A DNA stretch of 64,000 nucleotides from an uncultured Rikenellaceae bacterium (GCA_964642615.1 CAZXSW010000007.1:2298-66297); one strand, 5' to 3'; shown: positions 19,402 through 29,029, counted from the first letter of the stretch. Translations and numbers: made by a program. Notes: a model not told the origin generated them from the sequence alone.

Positions 19402-19643
19402 CCCTTTAGATTTTATTTATATTATTTCCTGTCTGATAATCAAGTAACGTTTAGCTTATGGCCGCTAAAGTAACCTGAATTTTGTAAAATGCGATTTAAG
19501 TGATAGTTAAAAGAAATATGATATTCAACATATTCCTAATTAATCGGCAGAAGAATATACACAGTTATAAGTCCGGTAGATTTAACTGTATATTATTACC
19601 ATGTTCATTTTTATGTATTGTACGGAACCAGGGGTTGATTTTT

Positions 19644-20495
19644 TCACCTTGTCATTTTCAGGAATCCCGCAGCGAAACGTCTTCCCATCTTTCTCTGGCT
19701 TTGGGAGTTGAAATGTATCCTATCTCCTTTTTCTTTAAGGTCGGAAGTCTTAATAACTGCAGACAAGGGATCTGTTGCTGAATAGTTTCTGATCTGTAAG
19801 TTGATTCCTTCCCAGTTTTCCGGATCTGCTGAGTATGAACCCAGTTCACCCAAAAAGACAGGAAGTGTTTTATCACCGGCGATATCTCTGAAAATACCTG
19901 TAAGTCTGGCAAGCCGTTCGCTGTATAGAGGGATGTCGCGGCTGTTGGCATCACTTTCTCCCTGATGCCAGAGAATGGCTTTTAATTGTCCATAGTTTTG
20001 ACCGATTGCCACCTTTTCCCTGAAATTGGTCAGCAGCTTAACATTCCGGTATAGCGAATCCCCGAGCCACTGGCTGATTGAACTGCCTCCAACGCCAACC
20101 GGAAGCATCAGTACAGACACATCGGAAGGAGCATTTTTAAGGATAGTCCTGGCGAATGACATGCCGCAGTCGAGACCTGTGAGTTCAGGCTCATAGAAGT
20201 GAAGGGGTTCTTTGGCAATTATTATTTCCCCGTGGCTGTTTATTGTAAGAATCCTTTCAGAAGGTATGGTATCCTCAGGTTCGACAAGTCCCCTTCCGGC
20301 CATGTTCGACTGTCCGGCCATTACAAATACCCATACATTTTCCTTTTCAGGAATTAAAGCAGGTTTTATTTCGGACCGTGGGAAAAATGCTTTTCTCTGT
20401 TCAACACTTATACTTTTTTCAGCCATTTTCACCGTACTGCATGCCAGTGTTCCTGAGATAAGAATAAGAGGAAGAATGCTTTTTACTATCGTCAT
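19644..20495 (-). CDS. SASA-family (sialate O-acetylesterase-like, DUF303) carbohydrate esterase lipoprotein
   Basis: VFVMAGQSNMAGRG (catalytic Ser block) and ILWHQGESDA are present. The start was chosen at MTIVKSILPLILISGTLAC (lipobox). The track start 20543 would abut the upstream terminator hairpin. Confidence 0.8.
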   Translation of the reverse strand: MTIVKSILPLILISGTLACSTVKMAEKSISVEQRKAFFPRSEIKPALIPEKENVWVFVMAGQSNMAGRGLVEPEDTIPSERILTINSHGEIIIAKEPLHFYEPELTGLDCGMSFARTILKNAPSDVSVLMLPVGVGGSSISQWLGDSLYRNVKLLTNFREKVAIGQNYGQLKAILWHQGESDANSRDIPLYSERLARLTGIFRDIAGDKTLPVFLGELGSYSADPENWEGINLQIRNYSATDPLSAVIKTSDLKEKGDRIHFNSQSQRKMGRRFAAGFLKMTR

Positions 20496-20535
20496 CTTTA
20501 TGTTATGGGATTTGTCTGAAATAATCATAGCCTGT

Positions 20536-20582
20536 AAAACCAACGCCCGTATCCCGGGGCAGATAGCCTGAGGATACGGGCG
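20536..20582 (-). terminator. terminator hairpin after the GH43/CBM6 gene
   Basis: A perfect 11-bp stem CGCCCGTATCC (20544-20554) / GGATACGGGCG (20572-20582) is followed on the minus strand by TTGGTTTTAC. Confidence 0.55.
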
Positions 20583-20601
20583 ATAATTTAATTATCATCT
20601 G

Positions 20602-21942
20602 TTACTTAAAACTTATCCAGTCTATCTCAACCGGGTTGGAGTCTTTAAGAACAATATAGAGGTCGTGAACTCCTTTCTGGAATTTCTTAACACCAGCATC
20701 TGCAATACTTAAGCTGTTTCCTTTTGGCACAGACACCTCGGCGAGCAGAATACCGTCAGGTTTATCGAGCCTTATTTCAATAGTGGCACCTGCCTGTGAT
20801 GAAGCTTTTAACTGAACGTTTTTTAGTTTCTTCTTACCGAAATCAACAGTGTTGTAACTCATCCAGGCATTTTTACTGCTGAGTATGCTTTTCCATCCGT
20901 TGAATTTACTTGTGGTATCTATGAAAGCAATATCTGCACCTGTTGAACTTTTACTGCTGAAACGGTCTATTTCAATGTTTTTAACTGCACTGGTTACACC
21001 GACACCGCGAAGAGTAGGGATGACTTTCTGAATGGTTCCGTCGGCATTGAAGAAGAGACTGTCGATCCTGGTTGACCTGTTCTTGTCGAAATCGGGTGAG
21101 TAGTCGTTGTGATGATAAAAAAGATACCACTGACCATCGTATTCAACAAGTGAATGATGGTTGGTCCAGCAACCTGTAGGTGACTCATCCATAATGACTC
21201 CGGTAAACTTAAAAGGTCCCATGGGATTATCGCTGATGGCGTATTCAAGCCTTTCAATTTTATTCTCGACATGAGGATAAGTCATATAATAAATACCATT
21301 TCTTTCGAAAACATAAGGACCTTCCTTAAGGCCTTGTTTGGGCATATCTTCAATAACCTTCACTTCCGAGTCGAGTTCAAGCATATTGTCTTTCAGTTTT
21401 GCCACGAATATGTTTCCCTGCGACCAGTAGATGTAAGCCTGTCCATCCTTATCCGTGAACACGACAGGATCGATACCTGATATTCCTTTTATAGGCTCAG
21501 GCTGAGGTGTGTAAGGACCTTCGGGTTTGTCGGCCACTGCAACGCCAATGCCAAAACCTCTTCCCGAGCCAGCTTTTATGTTGGCAGGAAAATAGAAATA
21601 ATACTTACCGTCTTTTTCGAAACAGTCGGGGGCCCACATACTGTAGGTTGTTGCATCTACCCAGTTAACCTTTTCCTGGGTTACAATAACTCCGTGATCG
21701 GTCCAGTCAGTAAGGTTTTCAGATGAGAAAACATGGTAGTCGCGCATACAGAACCAGTCCTTGCGGGCAAAGTCCTCAGGAGCAGGGATATCGTGCGATG
21801 GGAACAGATACATCTTCCCGTTAAAAACCCTTGCTGTGGGGTCGGCTGTGAACTGGTCCCTGATTATTGGATTTTGGGCGGCAGCGTTAAGGAACAAGAG
21901 TGTTGCTGCAATAAAGAACATTAGTGATCTTTTCTTTTTCAT
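20602..21942 (-). CDS. glycoside hydrolase family 43 (xylosidase/arabinofuranosidase type) with a C-terminal CBM6-like module
   Basis: 446 aa. After a signal peptide, NPIIRDQFTADPTARVFNGKMYLFPSHD is the GH43 N-terminal catalytic-Asp block. The roughly 130-aa C-terminus (IEIDRFS....VQLKASS..GATIEIRLD...IDWISF) is CBM6-like. Confidence 0.88.
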   Translation of the reverse strand: MKKKRSLMFFIAATLLFLNAAAQNPIIRDQFTADPTARVFNGKMYLFPSHDIPAPEDFARKDWFCMRDYHVFSSENLTDWTDHGVIVTQEKVNWVDATTYSMWAPDCFEKDGKYYFYFPANIKAGSGRGFGIGVAVADKPEGPYTPQPEPIKGISGIDPVVFTDKDGQAYIYWSQGNIFVAKLKDNMLELDSEVKVIEDMPKQGLKEGPYVFERNGIYYMTYPHVENKIERLEYAISDNPMGPFKFTGVIMDESPTGCWTNHHSLVEYDGQWYLFYHHNDYSPDFDKNRSTRIDSLFFNADGTIQKVIPTLRGVGVTSAVKNIEIDRFSSKSSTGADIAFIDTTSKFNGWKSILSSKNAWMSYNTVDFGKKKLKNVQLKASSQAGATIEIRLDKPDGILLAEVSVPKGNSLSIADAGVKKFQKGVHDLYIVLKDSNPVEIDWISFK

Positions 21943-22036
21943 TGGATTTGATTTTTGATGTAGTTTCAGATGGTTGATAATAAATTTTTTTGGTAATTAG
22001 TTATAGTTGTATGGTTAGTCATGTGAAGTCAAATGG

Positions 22037-23599
22037 TTATTTATGTCCTGTTCTGAACCAGTCGAAGTCGACATAACCTCCCGGGGTTTTCGTGGCATAG
22101 TTGAAAAGTCCGAAACGGTAACCCATAAAATGAGGCATGGAATATTCCATCTTAAGTTTTGTACCGAAGGGGATCCATGTTTTTCCATCGAGGCTGTAGA
22201 AGAAATCCGCGGTATCGGCAAGATCCCTGAAGTCGCATTCAGCCTTCAGGTAGACCCTGTTTTGCAGGAGAGGTATGGATTCTTCTTCAACAGGGTTTCC
22301 CGATTGTGCGTTTATCATTATAATATATTTCTTCCCATCAGCATATTTAACACCAGCTATCCCAAACTTACGCTGGAGCAGGGTAAGGCCTGCGAAGTCT
22401 CCTTCCTTCATGTTTGATACATCGATTAGAGTGGTTCCGAAGCACTGGGGACCAAAGGTACGCTGGGTAAGTGTGTTGCGTGCTGTAACAAGTATTGTGT
22501 CGGTTCTTCCTGTTGTCAGCCTGAGCCATCCTTTTCTGTCGGTCAGCGACCACAGGCTGTTGACGGGGTTATGGTTCCATTGCCATACCAGGGGCAGGGC
22601 GGTGTCTTTCTTTTTCCTTTTAAACTCATCTGATGCCACTATTCCAGGAATGAGTCCTTTGCTTTCAGGAAGGTTCAGTTCATCGGGTACTTTTCCGTCA
22701 ACACCCAGAACCGGCCAGCCGTCTTCCCATTTTACCGGAACCAGATAGGGGATACGTCCAACCGAACCATAATCCCTGAAAAGATAAGCATACCAGTCCC
22801 CTTCCGGGGTATCGACAAGTCCTCCCTGGGCAACTCCCTTGTCCTGAAGGGCCAGTCTGCCTTCCCATGGTCCCGTTATCCTGTCGGCCCTGTGAATTAC
22901 AACTGTTCGCATTCCTCCCCGGGGCCAGGTTATATTGAAAAGGTAGTATTTCCCATTCACTTTGAATAACTGCGATCCTTCAGCCTGAAGGTTAATATTA
23001 CTGCCGGCAGGAGCACTTGCATTCTCTATGATTATCTTTTCTTCGGTTCCTGGCTTTATACCTGAGAGATCCTCACTGAGCTCCACAAGCCTTATTCTTC
23101 CCGCACTGTATAACATATAGATCCGTCCGTCGTCATCAAAGAACAGGGAATTATCGTGCAGACTTGGTGAGAACGAGTATTTTTTCCATGGACCGTTTTC
23201 TATATCACTGGTGGAATAGATATATGTCTTCCCTGTAGTCTGGGAGAAGGTGGAGACATAAAAGGTGTTGTTGTGGTATCTGATACTGCTGGCCCATGAA
23301 CCACGGCCATAGGCATTTTTCCCGTCGACAAGGTTAAGGGCATCAACATCTTCGAGAATGTCGTAGGCATAACTAACAGTTTCCCAGTTTATAAGATCTT
23401 TTGATCTCATTATTGGAACTCCGGGGCTCATATGCATTGTGGTACTGCTCATATAAAATGAATCACCGACCCGGATAACTGAGATATCAGGGACATCAGC
23501 AAATATCACAGGGTTTTGTGCCTTTTTGGTCTGGGCTGACAGGGTTAAGCAGGTTACGCCGGAAATCAGCAGTAAAAATATCAGGTATAGCTTCTTCAT
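22037..23599 (-). CDS. glycoside hydrolase family 43 beta-xylosidase/alpha-L-arabinofuranosidase with a C-terminal beta-sandwich domain
   Basis: 520 aa with a signal peptide. NPVIFADVPDISVIRVGDSFYMSSTTMHMSPGVPIMRSKDLINWE is typical of XynB-like GH43. The C-terminus has a concanavalin-like domain. Confidence 0.88.
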   Translation of the reverse strand: MKKLYLIFLLLISGVTCLTLSAQTKKAQNPVIFADVPDISVIRVGDSFYMSSTTMHMSPGVPIMRSKDLINWETVSYAYDILEDVDALNLVDGKNAYGRGSWASSIRYHNNTFYVSTFSQTTGKTYIYSTSDIENGPWKKYSFSPSLHDNSLFFDDDGRIYMLYSAGRIRLVELSEDLSGIKPGTEEKIIIENASAPAGSNINLQAEGSQLFKVNGKYYLFNITWPRGGMRTVVIHRADRITGPWEGRLALQDKGVAQGGLVDTPEGDWYAYLFRDYGSVGRIPYLVPVKWEDGWPVLGVDGKVPDELNLPESKGLIPGIVASDEFKRKKKDTALPLVWQWNHNPVNSLWSLTDRKGWLRLTTGRTDTILVTARNTLTQRTFGPQCFGTTLIDVSNMKEGDFAGLTLLQRKFGIAGVKYADGKKYIIMINAQSGNPVEEESIPLLQNRVYLKAECDFRDLADTADFFYSLDGKTWIPFGTKLKMEYSMPHFMGYRFGLFNYATKTPGGYVDFDWFRTGHK

Positions 23600-23838
23600 A
23601 AATACTTAAGGGCTAAGAGTGTTTTTGAATATGACAAGATTCAAAGATTCACAAAAAAACTGAGACATGGAACATTTCGGCAGGGATATTCTATCGCGAC
23701 CGGCATTCTTTATGAGATGGGTACTGAATTTATTGGCTGTTTGTTATTTGCTGTAAATAACCTGTTTTGAAGCGGACATTCCATCTAACCATGTCTATGC
23801 CGGGTAAAGGAACAGAAAAAATGTCAAGGGTGTTTAAA

Positions 23839-23873
23839 AGAAAAAACCCTGCAGGTCAGTTACTGCAGGGTTT
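23839..23873 (-). terminator. rho-independent terminator ending the ECF sigma operon
   Basis: The stem is CCCTGCAG (23847-23854) / CTGCAGGG (23863-23870) with an 8-nt loop. T6 follows on the minus strand (plus-strand A6 at 23841-23846). Confidence 0.7.
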
Positions 23874-23897
23874 AATAAAGGTCAGAAAAAACAGAAT

Positions 23898-24293
23898 CTA
23901 TTGCTGTCTGACAGGGTTTGACTCCCTGAGATCGCAGATTCCGTTGTTGTTTGCATCAACATAGTTGCTTCCACCGGGGGCCATTCCTTTACCCTGTCCC
24001 GGGCCCATTCCGCGGCCCTGTGAAGGTCTTAGACCCCTGCCCTGGCCATTGGCCATACCCCTTCTTCCCTGAGCTGCCTGGCCGTTGCCTTTACCGCGGC
24101 CATTGCCAGCCTGCATTCTGTTCCCGGGATAGTTGTCGCAAACTCCGTCATTGTCCTGATCGGCATAATAACCCATACCAGGGCGTGTTACATCTTTTTT
24201 ATCCTGAGCAGCTACATTATCCTGAGAAAAAGCTGTTGCAGAAATTGCCACAAAGGCGATAATTGTTAAAAAAAGTCTTGTTTTCATAACCAT
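23898..24293 (-). CDS. secreted Gly/Arg/Gln/Met-rich low-complexity protein flanked by two DxDxDGxCD motifs
   Basis: The signal peptide is M(VM)KTRLFLTIIAFVAISATAFSQ. The mature part carries DQDNDGVCD and DANNNGICD motifs on either side of about 60 aa of GNGRGKGNGQAAQGRRGMANGQGRGLRPSQGRGMGPGQGKGMAPGG. An alternative start is at 24287. Confidence 0.6.
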   Translation of the reverse strand: MVMKTRLFLTIIAFVAISATAFSQDNVAAQDKKDVTRPGMGYYADQDNDGVCDNYPGNRMQAGNGRGKGNGQAAQGRRGMANGQGRGLRPSQGRGMGPGQGKGMAPGGSNYVDANNNGICDLRESNPVRQQ

Positions 24294-24308
24294 TAAGTTT
24301 TAAATAAA

Positions 24309-24860
24309 TTACTGATTTAATATCTGTCTGCCACGTCCTCTTCTGTATTGCCCGCCCTGCATGTTACCGGACGGCACATCTATGACAAACATTTCCCCGA
24401 ACATCTGGTCGAGTTTTTCTTTCTGTTCCCTGTTGCACATATTCTTAAAGTTCATGTAATACGTGTAGGTTTCCTTTTTAAGTTGTGCATGAAGTAATCC
24501 CACTGAATCGGAAAGGACACTTAGCCTTACTGTATCTGTATTCTCTGACGACATCTCTGCAAGCATCTCCCTGCGGATATTTCCAAGTTTTACATTTATG
24601 TCCCTTGCATTCTGCCTGAAACTGAAGTTGAAATCCCTGAAGCGGGTCATCTGATCCCTGTTGAGGTCAAGTCTGTCGCGGAAATAGCGGCCGCTGAATC
24701 TGAGAGATGCCTCATCCTCTCCGGCGGCTGAGGGTGAATAATAAGCAACCTGCCTGGTATGATTCCGGTTATGGATGACTGTGGCAATTGTAGCAATATT
24801 CATTACTGCAAGGGCAACTATTGCCCATATCATCCATCTGCCACTGTTTTCGGTTCTCAT
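24309..24860 (-). CDS. membrane-anchored Spy/CpxP-like periplasmic protein (periplasmic heavy-metal-sensor family)
   Basis: The start was chosen at MRTENSGRWMIWAIVALAVMNIATIA (TM anchor), 10 nt after the anti-sigma stop. The helical region has LNRDQ and REQKEKL repeats of the LTxxQ type. The C-terminal tail is GGQYRRGRGRQ. Confidence 0.55.
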   Translation of the reverse strand: MRTENSGRWMIWAIVALAVMNIATIATVIHNRNHTRQVAYYSPSAAGEDEASLRFSGRYFRDRLDLNRDQMTRFRDFNFSFRQNARDINVKLGNIRREMLAEMSSENTDTVRLSVLSDSVGLLHAQLKKETYTYYMNFKNMCNREQKEKLDQMFGEMFVIDVPSGNMQGGQYRRGRGRQILNQ

Positions 24861-24870
24861 ATTCAGTCTC

Positions 24871-25293
24871 CTATTCGTTAGAAAGAAAGTACACTGATTC
24901 CAGTGCATTGTCATCCGCCATGGCAAATTCGACAGGTATCCGTTCCGGAATTTCAGTACTGACCGACCATTTGCCCAGGATAACGCCAGCAAAAAGCGCA
25001 GCTGCAATGGAAAGGCTGATGAATACAGGTCTCAGTATCCCTGCAGCTACGGTTTCAGGGTTCAGTTCTCTGTTAAGGTTCTCAATACCTGCCATGATCC
25101 TTGTTGTAAGAAAGGGTCTGTGTTCAAGCGTTTTTTCAGTAGCAATAATTCTCTCTGCCAATAACATTTCATCATAGACACGATGGCAGGCTTCACAATT
25201 TTTGATGTGTGATTCAACCAGTGTATTCGTATCCGGGGTCAACTTTCCCTCGTGATACGCATCCAGATTTTCGCGGCATGATTTGCAATTCAT
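24871..25293 (-). CDS. zf-HC2 anti-sigma factor
   Basis: From ATG 25293 the sequence reads MNCKSCRENLDAYHEGKL....HIKNCEACHRVYDE (H-x3-C-x2-C zinc motif), followed by one TM segment. It sits directly downstream of the ECF sigma gene. Confidence 0.7.
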   Translation of the reverse strand: MNCKSCRENLDAYHEGKLTPDTNTLVESHIKNCEACHRVYDEMLLAERIIATEKTLEHRPFLTTRIMAGIENLNRELNPETVAAGILRPVFISLSIAAALFAGVILGKWSVSTEIPERIPVEFAMADDNALESVYFLSNE

Positions 25294-25324
25294 TTTTGTG
25301 GCTTTTATGGTTAGAAACAAAACT

Positions 25325-25921
25325 TTAGTTTTTCCTGCGCTTGGTCCGGCTTTTTTTTTCACCCGATGAAAGCCGTTCCCTGAGATTTTTCTTTGCGCGC
25401 TGAATAAGAGCCTCAACAGCTCCTTCAGACAGATCCATAATTTCTGATATAGCCTTTTGTGAAAGGTCATCATACTTACTCAGGATAATTGCTGTACGCT
25501 GATTTGCAGGCAGCGAATCCAGAGCCCTTTGCAACCACAGGGAATGTTCGCGCTCTATCATTATCATTTCAGGATCATCAGACAGGGAAAGACCAGGATT
25601 TTTTTCGGCTGATTTCTCTCCTGCAAAGAGTGATTCCAGCCGGTCAAAAAAAGAGATTTTCGAGTGCTTTCTTGTGAAATTGAGAGAAGCATTTACGGCT
25701 ATCCTGTAGATCCATGTCGGGAATGAAGACTGGCCTTTAAATCCCCCGAGAGATTGAAAGGCTCTTATAAATACCTCCTGGGTAAGATCTTCTGCATCTT
25801 CCCTGTTGTGAACAAAACCCATGCAGGTCCTGAAGACCATCTGTGAGTACCTGTCAACCAGGGTCCTGAATTTCTCTTTGTCTCCCTGAAGAATAAGTTC
25901 TATGAGTTCACTATCGTTCAT
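25325..25921 (-). CDS. ECF-type RNA polymerase sigma-70 family factor
   Basis: 198 aa. Region 2 is EDAEDLTQEVFIRAF....F.G.SSF.TWIYRIAVN and region 4 is LP.NQRTAIILSKYDDLSQKAISEIMDLSEGAVEALIQRAK. Confidence 0.9.
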   Translation of the reverse strand: MNDSELIELILQGDKEKFRTLVDRYSQMVFRTCMGFVHNREDAEDLTQEVFIRAFQSLGGFKGQSSFPTWIYRIAVNASLNFTRKHSKISFFDRLESLFAGEKSAEKNPGLSLSDDPEMIMIEREHSLWLQRALDSLPANQRTAIILSKYDDLSQKAISEIMDLSEGAVEALIQRAKKNLRERLSSGEKKSRTKRRKN

Positions 25922-26088
25922 TCAGCCAGTTTGATCAAAATGCCAGCCACGTATTCTTAAATGTCTGATAAACAATTCTGGCAGTGACTGGTTAGTTAAC
26001 CGGTTATTATACTGAGCCGCAGGTAGAATATAACATTATTGCCCGGGAGTCAGGGTTGTAAAGTTAAAGGTTTTTAAATTAATCAGAA

Positions 26089-26601
26089 TCAGAATACAAG
26101 TCCGCTTATCCATCCCCAGATCACATAGCGGAGGAACTTGCCTGCAAGCATTGCTGTGGCTGTAATGGGAATATTTGAACGAAGAAGGCCCAGTCCTACA
26201 GCAAAGACATCACCGACTCCGGGCACCCACGAGAGAAAGGCGAACAGGGCTCCCCGCCTGTAAAGACGTTGGTGCCATTTTTCCAATGTCTCACGTTTTA
26301 TTCTGAGGTATTTTTCAATCCATTCCCATTTTCCCAGATATCCTATTGTATAGCTGCTCATGCCTCCAAGCCAGTTGCCGGCTGTTGAGACAAGCACAGC
26401 CGGAACAGGATCAGTTCCGCCGGCAATAAGAAGGGTAAGAAGGGCCTCAGAGCTGAACGGGACGACAGTAGCCGCCAGGAAACTGGCAAGAAATAAACCC
26501 CAGAGGCCGTATTCAATCAATCCTTCTGTCAATAGTGGTAGTCTTTCAGGATGCGAACTTAAATAAAATAAATGAAAGGAATCAGGCGGAACGACAGGCA
26601 T
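26089..26601 (-). CDS. YqaA/DedA-related (SNARE-associated domain) membrane protein
   Basis: 170 aa with GLWGLFLASFLAATVVPFSSE....GNWLGGMSSY.IG typical of the YqaA family. The exact start is uncertain. Confidence 0.7.
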   Translation of the reverse strand: MPVVPPDSFHLFYLSSHPERLPLLTEGLIEYGLWGLFLASFLAATVVPFSSEALLTLLIAGGTDPVPAVLVSTAGNWLGGMSSYTIGYLGKWEWIEKYLRIKRETLEKWHQRLYRRGALFAFLSWVPGVGDVFAVGLGLLRSNIPITATAMLAGKFLRYVIWGWISGLVF

Positions 26602-26796
26602 TCGTCTGCACGGATCATTCCTGGGATGGTAAGAATGAAAAACACTCTCAACCTATATTTGTTTCGCGCTACTGTGATTACACCGAAAAAAGGTTGCTTT
26701 ATTATTTATTTATGGCTCCTCATAAAATCTTAACAAAGTATTTATAAAAGAATTTCCAATTTTGACAGACTTATTCATGATGCCGGAAATCAGGTT

Positions 26797-26804
26797 TAAA
26801 TTTG
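26797..26804 (+). promoter_or_regulatory. putative -7 promoter box TAAATTTG for the histidine kinase operon
   Basis: Perfect TAnnTTTG 13 nt upstream of the ATG at 26817. Confidence 0.35.
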
Positions 26805-26816
26805 TAAAAAGCCTTT

Positions 26817-28349
26817 ATGGTGAAAAAGAACAGAATCAAAGCCCGGAGCTATCTTAAATCAGACATACTTCAGTATTTCATTGCAATACTTGTTATAGGC
26901 CTTACTATATTTATCTGTCTTCCCCTGGCTAGCTCAGAGAGTTATCACATAGTATCCCTGATACTGCTGTTCATAGTGGCATTGCTGGCTGTTTTTATGG
27001 ATATCGGACCTGTTTTGCTTGCCTCCACCTTAAGTGCAATAGGCTGGAATTATTTCTTTATACCACCTTACCACACTTTCAATATTGACAGGACAGAGGA
27101 CAGGCTGATGTTTGGTTCATTCTTTATCATAGCACTTCTTAATGGAATACTTACCAACAGAATCAGGCGTCAGGAACAGAAGGTCCGTGAGCGGGAAGAT
27201 CAGACGAATGCCCTGTTTCATCTTACCGGGGAACTATCAAAGGCCAGTGGAAAGGAAAAGGTACTTGAAGTTGCAGCTAAGGTATTCAGTAATCATTTTG
27301 GTACTGCTCCCCTTTTTTTGTTGCAGGACGGGAGTAATAATATTATGCTACCGGCTGAAGATGATACAGATAGCTTAAGAGCCGGGTTTGATCCTGATAT
27401 CGCATTGTGGGTTTTTTCAAACGGTGAGAAAGCCGGAAGATATACAGGTACCTATGAAGAATCGGATCTTACATATTTCCCGCTTACCGGGACAAGGCTT
27501 AATCCCGGAGTGATAGTCTTCAGTCTTGACCGACATGTCTATGGCAGGAAGGATGATTTCTGGAGAACCTATTTTACTCAGATAAGTAATGCACTTGAAA
27601 GGGAATTTCTTGGAGAGCTTGCTCTTAAAGCCAGGATACTGGATGAGTCGGATAAGCTTTACAAAACACTGTTTAATCTTATTTCTCATGAGTTCAGGAT
27701 ACCAATAGCCACTATCATGGGAGCTTCTGATACTCTGCTTGCTCCCTATACATCGGAGGTAAACAGGAAGGAACTATATAACGAGATTCTTAAAGCATCA
27801 GCCCGTCTTAATCATCTCATTGAAAATCTGTTGAATATGTCGCGCCTTGAAAGCGGGAAGTTGTCACTCCGTACTGACTGGTGCGACATAAATGATTTAA
27901 TCAACAGGGTTTCTCAAAACCTTAAACAGGAACTGGAACAATTTAAGCTGGTTATAGTGGTTCCGGATGACTTTCCCTTTGTAAGGCTTGATTTTGGTCT
28001 TATGGAGCGGGTTCTTTATAATCTGCTTCTTAATTCATGCAGGTATTCGCCTCCCGCATCGGAAATAAGGATAGAGGCTGATTACGGGAGCGGAAACGTT
28101 ATCCTTAAGATTTCTGATCAGGGACCGGGTTTCCCGACTGACGCATTGCAAAAGCTCTTTGACAAATTCTTCAGAGTGGATGAGTTAAAATCAGGAGGAC
28201 TTGGACTTGGCCTGTCAATAGTAAGGGGAATCGTCGAATCGCATAAAGGAACTGTAAAGGCTGAAAACGGGAAGTATGGAGGTGCGGTTTTTACTATTAC
28301 CATACCATCGGAAGTACCTGATATGGATGAAATAAAACTGGAGCAATGA
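26817..28349 (+). CDS. KdpD-C-terminal-type sensor histidine kinase (DUF4118 membrane domain, GAF-like linker, HisKA, HATPase_c) lacking the KdpD N-terminal/Usp sensor part
   Basis: 510 aa with 4 TM segments and the FFIPPYHTF motif of DUF4118. The H-box is ISHEFRIPIA, and the N/G boxes are LLLNSCRYS, DQGPGF and GGLGLGLSIV. Confidence 0.85.
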   Translation: MVKKNRIKARSYLKSDILQYFIAILVIGLTIFICLPLASSESYHIVSLILLFIVALLAVFMDIGPVLLASTLSAIGWNYFFIPPYHTFNIDRTEDRLMFGSFFIIALLNGILTNRIRRQEQKVREREDQTNALFHLTGELSKASGKEKVLEVAAKVFSNHFGTAPLFLLQDGSNNIMLPAEDDTDSLRAGFDPDIALWVFSNGEKAGRYTGTYEESDLTYFPLTGTRLNPGVIVFSLDRHVYGRKDDFWRTYFTQISNALEREFLGELALKARILDESDKLYKTLFNLISHEFRIPIATIMGASDTLLAPYTSEVNRKELYNEILKASARLNHLIENLLNMSRLESGKLSLRTDWCDINDLINRVSQNLKQELEQFKLVIVVPDDFPFVRLDFGLMERVLYNLLLNSCRYSPPASEIRIEADYGSGNVILKISDQGPGFPTDALQKLFDKFFRVDELKSGGLGLGLSIVRGIVESHKGTVKAENGKYGGAVFTITIPSEVPDMDEIKLEQ

Positions 28350-29029
28350 ACGAGAATGAAGCAATTCTGATTATAGATGATGAGGTGCAGATACGCCGTT
28401 TGCTGGAGATTACCCTTAATGCCAACAACTACCGGACTTTCTTCGCATCAAATGGAAAGGATGGAATGATTGCAGCTGCAACATACAATCCCATGCTGGT
28501 TATACTTGACCTTGGCCTGCCTGATATTGACGGACAGGAGTTGCTCAGGAAATTAAGGGAGTGGTTTTCAAAACCGGTTATAGTACTTTCGGTGCGCGAC
28601 TCGGAGGATGATATAATAATGGCATTGGATAACGGTGCCAATGACTATCTGACAAAGCCTTTCAGAAGCGGTGAACTTCTGGCCAGGATACGTGCAGCCA
28701 TCAGACTTAACCAGGAAAAGGAAGATGATCCTTTACCTGAGTTCGGAGCTCTGAGCATAGATATGATAAATCATGTTGTTCGTAAAGGAGGAGATATCAT
28801 TAAGCTTACTTCAACCGAGTTTTCACTCCTGACCCTTATGGCAAGAAATCATGGCAGGGTCCTTACCCATCAATATATACCAAAAGAGATATGGGGCCAT
28901 GGTTACATCGATAAGACCCAGTATCTGCGTGTTTTTGTGGCTCAGCTGAGAAAAAAAATCGAAGATAACCCTTCAAACCCTGTACTGCTTGTAACCGAAT
29001 CAGGAATAGGATACAGGTTTGGAAAATAG
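28346..29029 (+). CDS. OmpR-family response regulator (KdpE-like)
   Basis: 227 aa. The receiver domain is ILIIDDE...LVILDLGLPDIDG...LSVR.....K and the winged-helix output domain is LT.TEF.LL..MA...GRVLTH..I...WG. ATGA overlap with the kinase gene. Confidence 0.9.
   Translation: MNENEAILIIDDEVQIRRLLEITLNANNYRTFFASNGKDGMIAAATYNPMLVILDLGLPDIDGQELLRKLREWFSKPVIVLSVRDSEDDIIMALDNGANDYLTKPFRSGELLARIRAAIRLNQEKEDDPLPEFGALSIDMINHVVRKGGDIIKLTSTEFSLLTLMARNHGRVLTHQYIPKEIWGHGYIDKTQYLRVFVAQLRKKIEDNPSNPVLLVTESGIGYRFGK

Noticed and set aside
23898-24293. Tandem DNA repeat or contingency locus in the Gly-rich gene
   Set aside because: The amino-acid repeats (GxGxG) are encoded by varied codons. I saw no exact nucleotide tandem repeat, so slippage-based variation is unlikely.
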